Source: a virus (Duplodnaviria > Caudoviricetes). Taken from it: a DNA stretch of 43,755 nucleotides. Of the stretch, positions 19,513 through 28,319 are shown one piece after another. The notes below the pieces were generated by a model, which searched no databases, was not told the origin of the DNA, and worked only from the letters and a program-made list of their open reading frames with translations. Every line of letters begins with the position of its first letter. Positions within the stretch are counted from its first letter, which is position 1. A program made the translations under genes and the position numbers. The stretch covers positions 1 through 43,755 of the IMG/VR virus record IMGVR_UViG_3300012921_000051, one strand, 5' to 3'.

Positions 19513-19715
19513 CCCGATATCTCTACGAGCGACCGGCAGGGGAGGCGCAGCCAGGCGATGTCGACCTGATGCGTTTCGTGCTTGAGATCGATGATGATGA
19601 GAACGTCTTCCGCCCCGGCCGCGAGGAATGGCCGGAGCGGAGGACCGTCGCTCATGCGCTCAGTTCGAAGATCGAACGTGCCCCCTGGCTGCCTCAGAAA
19701 AACGCCTCCGAATAG
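19509..19715 (+). CDS. small hypothetical protein, candidate immunity protein
   Basis: GTGA overlap with the MuF fusion; RBS AGGAG; acidic core EIDDDE. Confidence 0.55.
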   Translation: MTRYLYERPAGEAQPGDVDLMRFVLEIDDDENVFRPGREEWPERRTVAHALSSKIERAPWLPQKNASE

Positions 19716-19802
19716 GATCGCCCAGGAGCGCAGGGACGCCCCTGGATGGCCCGCAGGCCATCGGGAGGGGCCTTCGCGCGCCTGGACCCGTTTAAAACCG
19801 CT

Positions 19803-21296
19803 TTAACGGGGTGTTTTCGTTGGACCTAGCGAAAGCAGTCCGGCCTGCCGCACGAGTTCGGGGTAGCGTCGAATCATGCTGACTGGTTCAGGATCGCCCG
19901 GGTAGTAAGTTCCGTTGTTGCGGGCTAGGTGCTCCTGTCTGAAGCGCTGGCCGATCCAGTAGTCCGATACAGCGGTGGCGCTCCCGGTGCCGTAACTGGT
20001 CAAATCCACGAGCGTCTTCTCGTTGGCAAGCGCCCACAGCTGACCTGCGAGCTCTGACGCCGTTCGAACCTGCGGGTACTCGCTGGAGCTAGTTCTGGAA
20101 GGAAACGACACCCCTATCTTGGAATAAAAAGGCTCGGCCAAAACCCTGTCGACTGTCGGGATCGTCCCCGTCTCGACGAAGGTGCTGACTATCGGCATCA
20201 GCACCAATAGCTCGATCTGAGCTCTGTCCGTCCAAGTGGTCACGATCGTCGCGACGGTGTCCACGATTCGCTTTATGGACCTAGCGCCAAGGCCCGAGGC
20301 GGCAAGATAGGCAGCGATGAACTCAATCGGGGAATAGCCTCGGGGCGCGGAGAGCTTTGACTCGTCGACGGGCGTGTCAACGAATAGTGCGCGGACGAGG
20401 GTCGCCGGATCCGGCGGCTCGAATTGGAAGGTCCGGTCGAAAAATCTGTGAAGATAGCGGCGGCCATCGAATTCGCTCCCATAGACGCCCCTGATTGAGT
20501 GCGCGAGCTGCTCGCTGTCGGTGGCTACTACGAAGACGACATTCGGCAGCTCAAAGAGGTGCTTTATCCGCTCCAGCATGGCGATCGCGTAAGGAGGGCG
20601 GCAACGGTCGAGTTCGTCCACCAACACGAAAAGCGGCGATGCGATCCCGTCCGTCTCTTCGACTTTCGTGACGAAGTCCGCCAAGCTTTTTCGAAATTCG
20701 TCGAGGCTCGCCTTTTCCGTCCGAAAGTCATCGACGGCGCTGGCTTCCTTCGCTTCGATTTGCTTCTCCACCGCTTCCTTTGTCGCCGCAGCGACCGCAT
20801 CGCCGGCGCCGGTTGCGGCTGTCGGCGAGACATTGGTCACCGCTTCGCCGATCGCGGTCGCTATTCCCTCGGTCAACGCCCATGATAAACCGCGCAGCGC
20901 CAGTCCCTTCACTACGAGCTTTGCCACGCTGCCGGCCTTCGTTCGCGCTTTGACGAAAGCCTTCGAGGCGGGAGCCTTTGAGCCCAGGCGGGATTTCATC
21001 TCCTCGTCGATCGCCGCCATGACAGCGATCAGAGGATCGTCGGCGAAATCGTCTCGCCAACAATCGACATAGACGGCGATGTGTCCCTGAGCCGCCAGCA
21101 TCTTCCTCAGTCTGGTGAGGAAGAATGTCTTTCCGTCGCCCCAGCGAGCATCAATGTTGAGGACGAACGACCTTGTCTGCTTCTGGTAGGCGAGCTCCTT
21201 GCTGCGGCTTCTCAGGAAAGTGGCCAGGAATTCGGCCGTCTTTCTCCTGTCGAGCAGGTCGTCGCTCCAGATCGGGTCTGGCGTTACTTGGCTCAT
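19803..21296 (-). CDS. KAP family P-loop NTPase
   Basis: WSDDLLDR, Walker A DARWGDGKT, Walker B VLVDELDRCRP, LERIKHLF, YLHRFFD; RBS GGGGGG before the ATG at 21296. Confidence 0.9.
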   Translation of the reverse strand: MSQVTPDPIWSDDLLDRRKTAEFLATFLRSRSKELAYQKQTRSFVLNIDARWGDGKTFFLTRLRKMLAAQGHIAVYVDCWRDDFADDPLIAVMAAIDEEMKSRLGSKAPASKAFVKARTKAGSVAKLVVKGLALRGLSWALTEGIATAIGEAVTNVSPTAATGAGDAVAAATKEAVEKQIEAKEASAVDDFRTEKASLDEFRKSLADFVTKVEETDGIASPLFVLVDELDRCRPPYAIAMLERIKHLFELPNVVFVVATDSEQLAHSIRGVYGSEFDGRRYLHRFFDRTFQFEPPDPATLVRALFVDTPVDESKLSAPRGYSPIEFIAAYLAASGLGARSIKRIVDTVATIVTTWTDRAQIELLVLMPIVSTFVETGTIPTVDRVLAEPFYSKIGVSFPSRTSSSEYPQVRTASELAGQLWALANEKTLVDLTSYGTGSATAVSDYWIGQRFRQEHLARNNGTYYPGDPEPVSMIRRYPELVRQAGLLSLGPTKTPR

Positions 21297-21452
21297 GGCT
21301 GTCCCCCCTGATTCAAGGATTACCGCGAGAATGTGAGTCGAACCAGAGACGCCTTGACCCTCCACCCTCTGCCGTGACAGCCTGACGGTGGCGCTGCTTG
21401 CGCCGCGGCGCAGGCAGCGGTTCGCGGCGGGTCGAGTGGACCGGTTCGGCCT

Positions 21453-21476
21453 CCCGCCCGCCTTGGCGGGCATGAC
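21453..21476 (+). promoter_or_regulatory. putative late-promoter activator site (head operon)
   Basis: Second copy of CCCGCCCGCC-N5-GGGCATGAC, upstream of the protease gene. Confidence 0.65.
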
Positions 21477-21509
21477 GACCACCCCCGATTGCGGGGCAAT
21501 GTCGGCGTC

Positions 21510-22610
21510 ATGCTTCGATCCGACGTCAACATCTCCATGCATTCAGCCGCGACGGCCGCCGCCGGCGTGGCTCTCTGCGCAGCGGTGATGCTGGGCGACG
21601 CGGTCGAAGCCCCCGAATGGATCCAGCTGCTGCCAGCGGGCATTATCCGGACGGGCGACGGCCGCGGCCCGTATCGCGTCGCCGACACCTCCGAGCTGGT
21701 CCGCGTCTCGCTCCAGGCGGGCGACCGTCTGCCGATCGACGAGAACCATTCCACCGACCTCGCCGCACCGCGCGGCGAGCCGGCGCCGGCGCGCGGCTGG
21801 ATCGTCGCGCTCGAAGCCCGCCAGGACGGGATTTGGGGCAAGGTCGAATGGACTGAGGATGGCAAGCGCCTAGTCGCCGGCCGCGCCTATCGGGGCATCT
21901 CGCCCGTCATCCAGCACAAACCGGACGGCACGGTCACGCAGCTACTGCGCGCCTCGCTCGTCAACCGACCCAATCTGCGCGGCCTTGCCGCGCTCCACGC
22001 AGAGGAAAACTCCATGAACCTGCTCCAGAAGCTCCTGGCCGCACTTGGCCTTCCGGCAGCCACGACGGAAGAAGCTGCGATCGCCGCCGTCACAACGATG
22101 CATGCCCAGCAGGCTGCGTCGTCGACCGCGCTGCAGGCTGCATTGTCGCCCATCGCCAAGGCGGTCGGCTTGCCGGAGACGTCCGACGCGGCGGCGGTGC
22201 TGGCCGGCGTCGAGGCGGTAAAGGGCGGCGACCAGGAGGTCACTGCCCTGCAGGCGGAGCTGACCCGTGTCGCGACCGAGCTGAAGACGCTGCAGGAGGG
22301 CGGCAAGAAGAAGGCCGCCGAGATGTTCGTCGACCAGGCGATCAAGGCCGGTCATGTCGGCGTGAAGCCGTCGCGCGAGCGCTTCATCGCGCTCCACATG
22401 GCTGACCCGGTCGAGACCGAGAAGATGATCAACGCCATGCCGACGCTCGGCGTCGGAGGGCAGGTGGTCCCCAGCACGCCGCCCGCTGCCAATGGCGAAA
22501 TCTCGCTCAATGCCGAGCAGCTCACCGTGGCCCGCATGCTGGGCCAGGACCCGAAGGACTACGCCGCAACCCTCAGGGCCGAGCGCGAACAGCGCGAGGC
22601 AATGCTCTGA
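21510..22610 (+). CDS. prohead protease/scaffold (Mu gpI-like); start uncertain (21510 or 21537)
   Basis: PEWIQLLPAG, PIDENH, PARGWI, VEWT, YRGISPV, LVNRPNL. Confidence 0.9.
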   Translation: MLRSDVNISMHSAATAAAGVALCAAVMLGDAVEAPEWIQLLPAGIIRTGDGRGPYRVADTSELVRVSLQAGDRLPIDENHSTDLAAPRGEPAPARGWIVALEARQDGIWGKVEWTEDGKRLVAGRAYRGISPVIQHKPDGTVTQLLRASLVNRPNLRGLAALHAEENSMNLLQKLLAALGLPAATTEEAAIAAVTTMHAQQAASSTALQAALSPIAKAVGLPETSDAAAVLAGVEAVKGGDQEVTALQAELTRVATELKTLQEGGKKKAAEMFVDQAIKAGHVGVKPSRERFIALHMADPVETEKMINAMPTLGVGGQVVPSTPPAANGEISLNAEQLTVARMLGQDPKDYAATLRAEREQREAML

Positions 22611-22653
22611 ACGGCGCCAGCCGCCCCGAACGCAACCAGCAAGGACACCTCCC

Positions 22654-23106
22654 ATGGCTCTTACCGCAGGCCGCAACACCATCCGTGCCGAGGGCGATTT
22701 CATCGAACAGGGGCTCGCCGCCTCCGTGGTTATCTTCCCCGGTGCACTCATCATGCGCAACGCCGCCGGCTATCTGACGAAGGGCGCGACGGCGACCGGG
22801 TCGGTGGGTGTCGGGCGGGCCGAAGAGCACAAGACCGGCGGCGCTAACCCCGGCGACGAAACCCTGAAAGTTCGTCGCGGTCCCTACTGGTACAAGAACT
22901 CCACGGCGGCCGACGCGATCACGGTCGCGGAGATCGGCGACGTCTGCTTCATCGTCGATGACGAGCAGGTAGCCAAGACCAACGGCACGAACACTCGCTC
23001 ACCCGCCGGCTTCGTCGAAGACGTCGACGCCATCAACGGCGTCCTTGTTCGCTTCGACGAGGTTCTGACCCGCATCTACGTCGAGGGCCTCGCCAACCCG
23101 GTCTAG
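22654..23106 (+). CDS. capsid decoration/cement-like protein
   Basis: MALTAGRNT, CFIVDDEQVAKT..TNTRSPAG; between protease and capsid. Confidence 0.75.
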   Translation: MALTAGRNTIRAEGDFIEQGLAASVVIFPGALIMRNAAGYLTKGATATGSVGVGRAEEHKTGGANPGDETLKVRRGPYWYKNSTAADAITVAEIGDVCFIVDDEQVAKTNGTNTRSPAGFVEDVDAINGVLVRFDEVLTRIYVEGLANPV

Positions 23107-23155
23107 CCGGACCGACCGACTTCCACCCTTTTCGTCAACCGATGGACCGCCTCAG

Positions 23156-24052
23156 ATGATCATCAATTCCCAGAATCTCGAAGCCATTCGCACCGGCTTC
23201 TCGACTGCCTACCGTCGCGGCCTCGGCCAGACGACGAGCCTCTACAACCGCATCGCCACCACGGTGCCGTCGTCCGCGAAGGACAACACCTATGGCTGGC
23301 TCGGCAAAATGCCGAACATGCGGGAATGGATCGGGCCTCGCCACGTCCACGGCATCTCCGAGCACGACTACAAGATCAAGAACAAGACCTTCGAGCTCAC
23401 CATCGCCGTCGATCGCGACGACATCCGAGACGACAACCTCGGCGTCTACGAGCCCATGTTCGTGGAGATGGGCGAGTCGGTGCAGGCACATCCGGATCTC
23501 CTGGTGTTTGACCTGCTCAAGAACGCCTGGACGACCGAATGCTACGACGGCCAGTATTTCTTCGACACCGATCACCCAGTCCTGGACAAGAGCGGTGCGA
23601 AGGTGTCCGTGTCCAACTCGGGCGGTGGCGCCGGCACGCCTTGGTATCTGCTCTGCACCAAGCGCGCGCTGAAACCGATTATCTACCAGGAGCGCGAGAA
23701 GCCAAACTTTGTCTCGAAGGACAATCCGCGCGACGAGAACGTCTTCACGAATAAAGAGTTCGTCTACGGCGTCGACGGCCGTTGGAATGTCGGCTTCGGC
23801 TACTGGCAGATGGCCTACGGCTCGAAGCAGACGCTCAACGCGGCGAACTATGAGGCAGCTCGCGGCGCCATCACCGGCATGAAGGGTGACCACGGCAGGC
23901 CTCTCGGCCTGGTTCCCGATCTTCTGGTCGTGCCGCCGACGCTCGAAGGCGCCGGGCGCGAGCTGCTCAAGTCCGTCCTCGTCAACGGTGGCGAGACGAA
24001 TAAATGGGCGAATTCTGCCGAGCTTTTGATGGTGCCCTGGCTGGCCGATTGA
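23156..24052 (+). CDS. major capsid protein (Mu gpT-like)
   Basis: YGWLGKMPNMREWIG, CYDGQYFFDTDHP, KPIIYQER, GFGYWQMAY. Confidence 0.93.
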   Translation: MIINSQNLEAIRTGFSTAYRRGLGQTTSLYNRIATTVPSSAKDNTYGWLGKMPNMREWIGPRHVHGISEHDYKIKNKTFELTIAVDRDDIRDDNLGVYEPMFVEMGESVQAHPDLLVFDLLKNAWTTECYDGQYFFDTDHPVLDKSGAKVSVSNSGGGAGTPWYLLCTKRALKPIIYQEREKPNFVSKDNPRDENVFTNKEFVYGVDGRWNVGFGYWQMAYGSKQTLNAANYEAARGAITGMKGDHGRPLGLVPDLLVVPPTLEGAGRELLKSVLVNGGETNKWANSAELLMVPWLAD

Positions 24053-24057
24053 TGGAC

Positions 24058-24121
24058 CGGCGGCGGCGAGCCACGCCGCCGCCGAACCTGCCCGCCGATG
24101 CTCGCGCGCCGGCGGGTCTTT
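24058..24121 (+). terminator. hairpins after the capsid gene (terminator or mRNA stabiliser)
   Basis: 11-bp stem 24058-24084; second stem 24091-24116 followed by TCTTT. Confidence 0.45.
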
Positions 24122-24169
24122 CGAAGGACGGCCCGCGTGGCCCTCCTCCCAAAGACCCGGAGATGGAAG

Positions 24170-24886
24170 ATGTCAAAGGCCACTCGCAATGCAAAAACGA
24201 AAGCCGCAGCGACGCAGGCCGGACCGGTCGCCGCCGCCCCTGCCGGCGCAGGTGACGTTCTCGACCCGGCCGCGACCGTCCGTCCAGACGCAGGCAGCGC
24301 TTATGCGTCTGGCGCTGGCAGCGCTGGCACAGTGGCGCCGGGAGTAGAATACCAGGGGAAGCCGCTCGACCCCGACCATCAGCCTGAGGCCCACGTCGAC
24401 GATAAGGCGGGCCTCTCAGCGGACAGCGGGGCGGGAGACCCGCACATGAATACCCCGAGGGGGAGCTCTGGCACGGCTCGCGAGGCCTCCAGCGCCGGTA
24501 GCGGTGTGGCGATCGACGGATCTGCCACCGGGACACAGTCCGGCTCCCCGAACCCTTCCGAAGATGCCTCCCAGGCTGTGACCGAGGGCGGCGGGACCGG
24601 TGCTTCAGGGGCCGGTTCCGCCAGCGCCGCGTTTGCGGATCCGGAGGCCGCGGTCAATGAGGCTTACGCGAAGTATCCGCATCTGTTCGCCGCCTCGGAG
24701 GCGTGGAGAGCCGCGAGCCCGGACGCGCCGCCGACCTCGATCCAGATCAAGTCGAAGGTTGAGGGGTTTCGCCGCGCCGGCGTCGCGCATTCCCGCGCCC
24801 CGATCGACCACCCGATCGGCACCTTCGACGCCGACCAGCTCGAGGCCTTGCTCGCCGAGCCAAAACTGACCGTGAGGTTCGTGTAA
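24170..24886 (+). CDS. HI1506-like (Mu gp35-like) protein with long low-complexity N-terminus
   Basis: C-terminal GFRRAGVAH...QLEALLAEPKLTV; A/G/S/P-rich N-terminus. Confidence 0.7.
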   Translation: MSKATRNAKTKAAATQAGPVAAAPAGAGDVLDPAATVRPDAGSAYASGAGSAGTVAPGVEYQGKPLDPDHQPEAHVDDKAGLSADSGAGDPHMNTPRGSSGTAREASSAGSGVAIDGSATGTQSGSPNPSEDASQAVTEGGGTGASGAGSASAAFADPEAAVNEAYAKYPHLFAASEAWRAASPDAPPTSIQIKSKVEGFRRAGVAHSRAPIDHPIGTFDADQLEALLAEPKLTVRFV

Positions 24887-24888
24887 TC

Positions 24889-25320
24889 GTGACCTACGCC
24901 GTCAAGCAGGATCTGATCGACCGGTTCGGGGAGAAGGAACTCCGCGAGCTGACCGATCGCGTCAATCGCCCGCCGACCACGATCGACGACGTCGTCGTCG
25001 GCCGTGCGCTGGCGGACGCGGACGGCCTGATCGACGGCTATATTGGCAAGCGTTATGCGCTGCCGGTGGCGGAAGTGCCGCCTATGCTCACCAAGACCGC
25101 CGCGGATCTCGCGCGCTACTTCCTGCACGGCAAGGCGGCGGACAAGGACAGTCCGGTGACCGCGGCCTACAACCAGGCTGTCGCCTGGCTGCGCGACGTG
25201 TCGAAGGGCCTGGTCGAGCTTGGCAACGGGGCCATCGAGCCTCCGGCCGCCGGCGGCGGTTCGGTGAAGACCAGCCGCCCGAACCGCGTCTTCACGCGCG
25301 ACACGATGGGGGGCTTCTGA
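24889..25320 (+). CDS. head-tail connector (Mu gp36/DUF1320-like)
   Basis: TYAVKQDLIDRFG, IDGYIGKRYALP, DLARYFL. Confidence 0.88.
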   Translation: MTYAVKQDLIDRFGEKELRELTDRVNRPPTTIDDVVVGRALADADGLIDGYIGKRYALPVAEVPPMLTKTAADLARYFLHGKAADKDSPVTAAYNQAVAWLRDVSKGLVELGNGAIEPPAAGGGSVKTSRPNRVFTRDTMGGF

Positions 25321-25889
25321 TGGCGGATGGCCTCACCCTCAGGCTCGACGATCTGGAGGTTCGCCGGGATCTTGAACAGCTCGTGCGTCGCGCCGACAAT
25401 CCCGAGGCCGCGTTCCACGCGATCGGCGCCTACATGGTGACGGCGACCCAGCGCCGCTTCGAGCGTGAGACCGGGCCGGACGGCCAGCCCTGGCAGCGCC
25501 TCTCGCCGCGCACGGCGGCCAAGCGCATCGGCTCGCGCCGGCGCGGCTACGAGAACATCCTGCGCGTCAAGGCGCGGCTGTATTCGAGCCTCGCCTACGA
25601 GGCATCGGCCGACCAGGTCGCGATCGGCACCAATGTAGAGTATGCGGCCGCGCAGCAGCTGGGCGCCGAGATCCAGATGCCGGCGCGCGAACAGGACATC
25701 AACCTGTCGATCGGCAAAGGTCGGCGTCGCTTCGTGCGCGCGTCTGCCAAGCGGAAGGAGACCCGCCGCGTTTCGGTCGGCGAGCACGTCATCCGCATCC
25801 CGGCGAGGCCCTATCTCGGCGTCGATGAGACCGACCAGGCCGAGATCCGCAGGATCGTCGAGGATCATTACAGGGGCGAGTCACGATGA
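25320..25889 (+). CDS. phage virion morphogenesis protein (Mu gpG-like)
   Basis: RRFERETGPDGQPWQRLS, IGTNVEYAA, IPARPYLG. Confidence 0.88.
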   Translation: MADGLTLRLDDLEVRRDLEQLVRRADNPEAAFHAIGAYMVTATQRRFERETGPDGQPWQRLSPRTAAKRIGSRRRGYENILRVKARLYSSLAYEASADQVAIGTNVEYAAAQQLGAEIQMPAREQDINLSIGKGRRRFVRASAKRKETRRVSVGEHVIRIPARPYLGVDETDQAEIRRIVEDHYRGESR

Positions 25890-26320
25890 GCGCGGTCGCA
25901 TCGATCATCGAACGGCTGAAGCCGGACACGGACGCGATGTTCGCGATCGTCGAGGGCGCCGGAGGCTGGGCTGCGCTGAACGGCAAGCTGCCTACCGCGC
26001 GGCCCGCCGCCTATGTCGTGACGCTCAAAGAGGCCGGCGGCGACAATGAGCGCATGACCGGTCCCGTGATGCAGAAACTGGAGAGCGACATCGCCGTGAT
26101 CATCGTCACGGACAACGTCTCCGACCCGATCGGCGGCGCAGCCTCGGACGATGTCGAGGTGCTGAAGGCGTGGGTCCGCGCGCGCTTGCTCGGCTTCACG
26201 CCGGCGGGCGCCGACGAGCCGCTGATCTTCGTCTCCGGCGAGCTGCTGCAGACCCGCAACGGAAGCGTCTGGTGGGAAGATGTGTTCGGCAACGCTGCCT
26301 ATATCGAGGAGCAGTTCTGA
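25886..26320 (+). CDS. tail terminator-like protein (Mu gp37-like)
   Basis: PAAYVV, VRARLLGFTP, WWEDVF; synteny. Confidence 0.7.
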   Translation: MSAVASIIERLKPDTDAMFAIVEGAGGWAALNGKLPTARPAAYVVTLKEAGGDNERMTGPVMQKLESDIAVIIVTDNVSDPIGGAASDDVEVLKAWVRARLLGFTPAGADEPLIFVSGELLQTRNGSVWWEDVFGNAAYIEEQF

Positions 26321-26514
26321 TGAGCGACAAACCCTACGCCGAGCCGCTTGGCGGCAGCTATGTGGTGGACGAGGCGACGGGCTCAGCCCGCCGCGTCGGC
26401 GGGACAGAGGAGCCGAAAGGCGCCCGCCCGCGCCCTGTCGACCTGGACCGCGCCGCCAAGGCGCAGCGCAGCTCTCCTGACGAGGCCGGACCGGCCGCGA
26501 AGAAAGGCAAATAA
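26320..26514 (+). CDS. small hypothetical tail protein
   Basis: TGATG overlap; GGSYVVD motif ahead of the tube gene. Confidence 0.6.
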   Translation: MSDKPYAEPLGGSYVVDEATGSARRVGGTEEPKGARPRPVDLDRAAKAQRSSPDEAGPAAKKGK

Positions 26515-26516
26515 CC

Positions 26517-27446
26517 ATGGCCAAGCGGCACTGGCGCAAGCTCGCGCTACTCGCCAAGGTCGAGACGGTTTACGGCACCGACGCGGTGCCCGCCGGCGCG
26601 GCCAATGCGATCCTCGCCATCAACGTCACGCACAGGACGATCGTCGCCGACCAGCTGACGCGCGACCTCATGACGCCCTGGATGGGCCATCAGGGCGTCA
26701 TCCTGGATGGCGTCGTCTCGACGCTGGAGTTTCAGGTGGAGCTTGCCGGCTCCGGCGCGGTCGGAACGGCGCCCGCTTACGGCGCCCTGCTACGGATGTG
26801 CGGCATGGCAGAGGCCGTGTCCGCGGGCGTCTCGGTCACCTATACGCCGGTATCGGCCGGCTTCGATGCGGGCACGATCTATTTCAACCAGGACGGCGTG
26901 CGGAAGATCATGCTCGGCACCCGCGGCAACGTCTCCGCCGAGTTGGCGCCTGGGACCATTCCGCGCCTCCGCTTCGCCTTTACCGGGCTGCTGGGCACGA
27001 TCACCGACACGGCGCTGCCGGCCGTGACTCTCACCGCGTTCAAGAAGCCGGTGCCGGTCAACCCCGACAACACGACGCTCACCCTACACGGCCTCGCCCT
27101 GATCGGCGAAAGGTTCACCTTCGACCTCGGCAATGTGGTCGAGAAGCGGATCCTGATCGGCGAGAAGAGCATCCAGATCACGGACCGCAAGACGGTCGGT
27201 TCGATCGTTGCCGAGGGCGTGCCGATCGCGACGAAGAACTGGTATTCGACCGCGCTCGATCACACGGTTGGGCCGGTCGAGTTCGAGCATGGCATCACGG
27301 CCGGCAACATCGTCACGATCGGCGGGCCGGCGGCGCAGATCGGCCCGCCGGAAGACGGCCAGACGCAGGGCATCATCAACAACACGCTGCCGCTGATGAT
27401 GCTGCCGAACGCCGGCAACGACGAACTGTCGATCGTCTTCACCTGA
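26517..27446 (+). CDS. major tail tube protein
   Basis: LLAKVETVYGTDAVP, ELAGSG..GTAPAYG.LL..CG, GNDELSI; no sheath gene present. Confidence 0.8.
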   Translation: MAKRHWRKLALLAKVETVYGTDAVPAGAANAILAINVTHRTIVADQLTRDLMTPWMGHQGVILDGVVSTLEFQVELAGSGAVGTAPAYGALLRMCGMAEAVSAGVSVTYTPVSAGFDAGTIYFNQDGVRKIMLGTRGNVSAELAPGTIPRLRFAFTGLLGTITDTALPAVTLTAFKKPVPVNPDNTTLTLHGLALIGERFTFDLGNVVEKRILIGEKSIQITDRKTVGSIVAEGVPIATKNWYSTALDHTVGPVEFEHGITAGNIVTIGGPAAQIGPPEDGQTQGIINNTLPLMMLPNAGNDELSIVFT

Positions 27447-27546
27447 CCGCTGCCGGGCGACGCCCGGCGGCACCCACCTGACCGGGGCGTATTACCCGCT
27501 CCTTCAAACGCCGTTGAACCGGCTTTCGAGGAGGCTTTTGCACGCC

Positions 27547-27921
27547 ATGAAGTTCCAGCTGTCGACCGAGTATCTCTACTGGTGGCCGGTGACCATCACG
27601 CTGCCGGATGAGAACCAGCCAGGAAAGTGGGTGAAGCAGAACTTCACCATGCAGTTTGCCGCGATCGACGAAGACCGCGCCAAGGAAATCCACGCTGAAA
27701 TCTCGGCGCTGCCGAGCGAGGAAGAACGCAACGCACGCAAGCATGACCTTCTCGTCGAAGCCTGCCGCGACTGGCGCGACGTGATCGACGGCAAAAAGCA
27801 GCCACTGCCCTTTTCCAGGGAGCTGCTCGTCCAGGCGCTCGGCGTCGTCTGGTACAGAACCGGAATCTACGAGGCCTGGGCGAGATCGCTCGCCGGCGAG
27901 GAGGCCCGAAAGGGAAACTGA
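27547..27921 (+). CDS. tail assembly chaperone
   Basis: Between tube and tape measure; ends in the slippery GGGAAAC-TGA. Confidence 0.75.
   Translation: MKFQLSTEYLYWWPVTITLPDENQPGKWVKQNFTMQFAAIDEDRAKEIHAEISALPSEEERNARKHDLLVEACRDWRDVIDGKKQPLPFSRELLVQALGVVWYRTGIYEAWARSLAGEEARKGN
27912..27918 (+). other. programmed -1 frameshift site GGGAAAC
   Basis: XXXYYYZ heptamer before the stop; the -1 frame is open (KLTEAARAWAF...) into the 27999-28319 ORF. Confidence 0.75.
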
Positions 27922-27998
27922 CCGAGGCCGCGCGGGCATGGGCGTTCAACCTGCTCGGCCGTGACGATCCGACGAAGCCGATCGAGATCGATGAGGAC

Positions 27999-28319
27999 GT
28001 GGTGGCGGATTTCGCGGCGCTCGGCGTCACCGTCGAACGACCGCCGGAAGACGAGGCGAAGGAAGCAACCGACGTGTTCCTGGTGTGGGACAAGAACTGG
28101 CCGGCGCTGACTGCCTTCCTGGCGGTCGAGACACAATGGCGCGTGCTGTCGATCGGCATGGCCGGCGTGGTCCGGCGGCTCGGCCTCGACTATGCGGCCG
28201 TCGACGTCGTGATGCGCCGCCTGAAGATCAAGAACGCCGTGTTCGAAGATCTCCAGGCGATGGAGCGCGCCGCCCTGAAGGCCTTCGGCGAGATCGCAGC
28301 GAGCGAGGACGGGGCATGA
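27999..28319 (+). CDS. DUF1799-like tail chaperone extension (probably read via frameshift from about 27918)
   Basis: VW.KNWPAL.AFL..ETQWR, GLDYAAV, DLQAMERAAL. Confidence 0.75.
   Translation: MVADFAALGVTVERPPEDEAKEATDVFLVWDKNWPALTAFLAVETQWRVLSIGMAGVVRRLGLDYAAVDVVMRRLKIKNAVFEDLQAMERAALKAFGEIAASEDGA

Noticed and set aside
21297-21542. N-terminal extension of the KAP NTPase in the ORF track
   Set aside because: It runs across the late promoter motif and the protease start; the RBS and family N-terminus fit ATG 21296.
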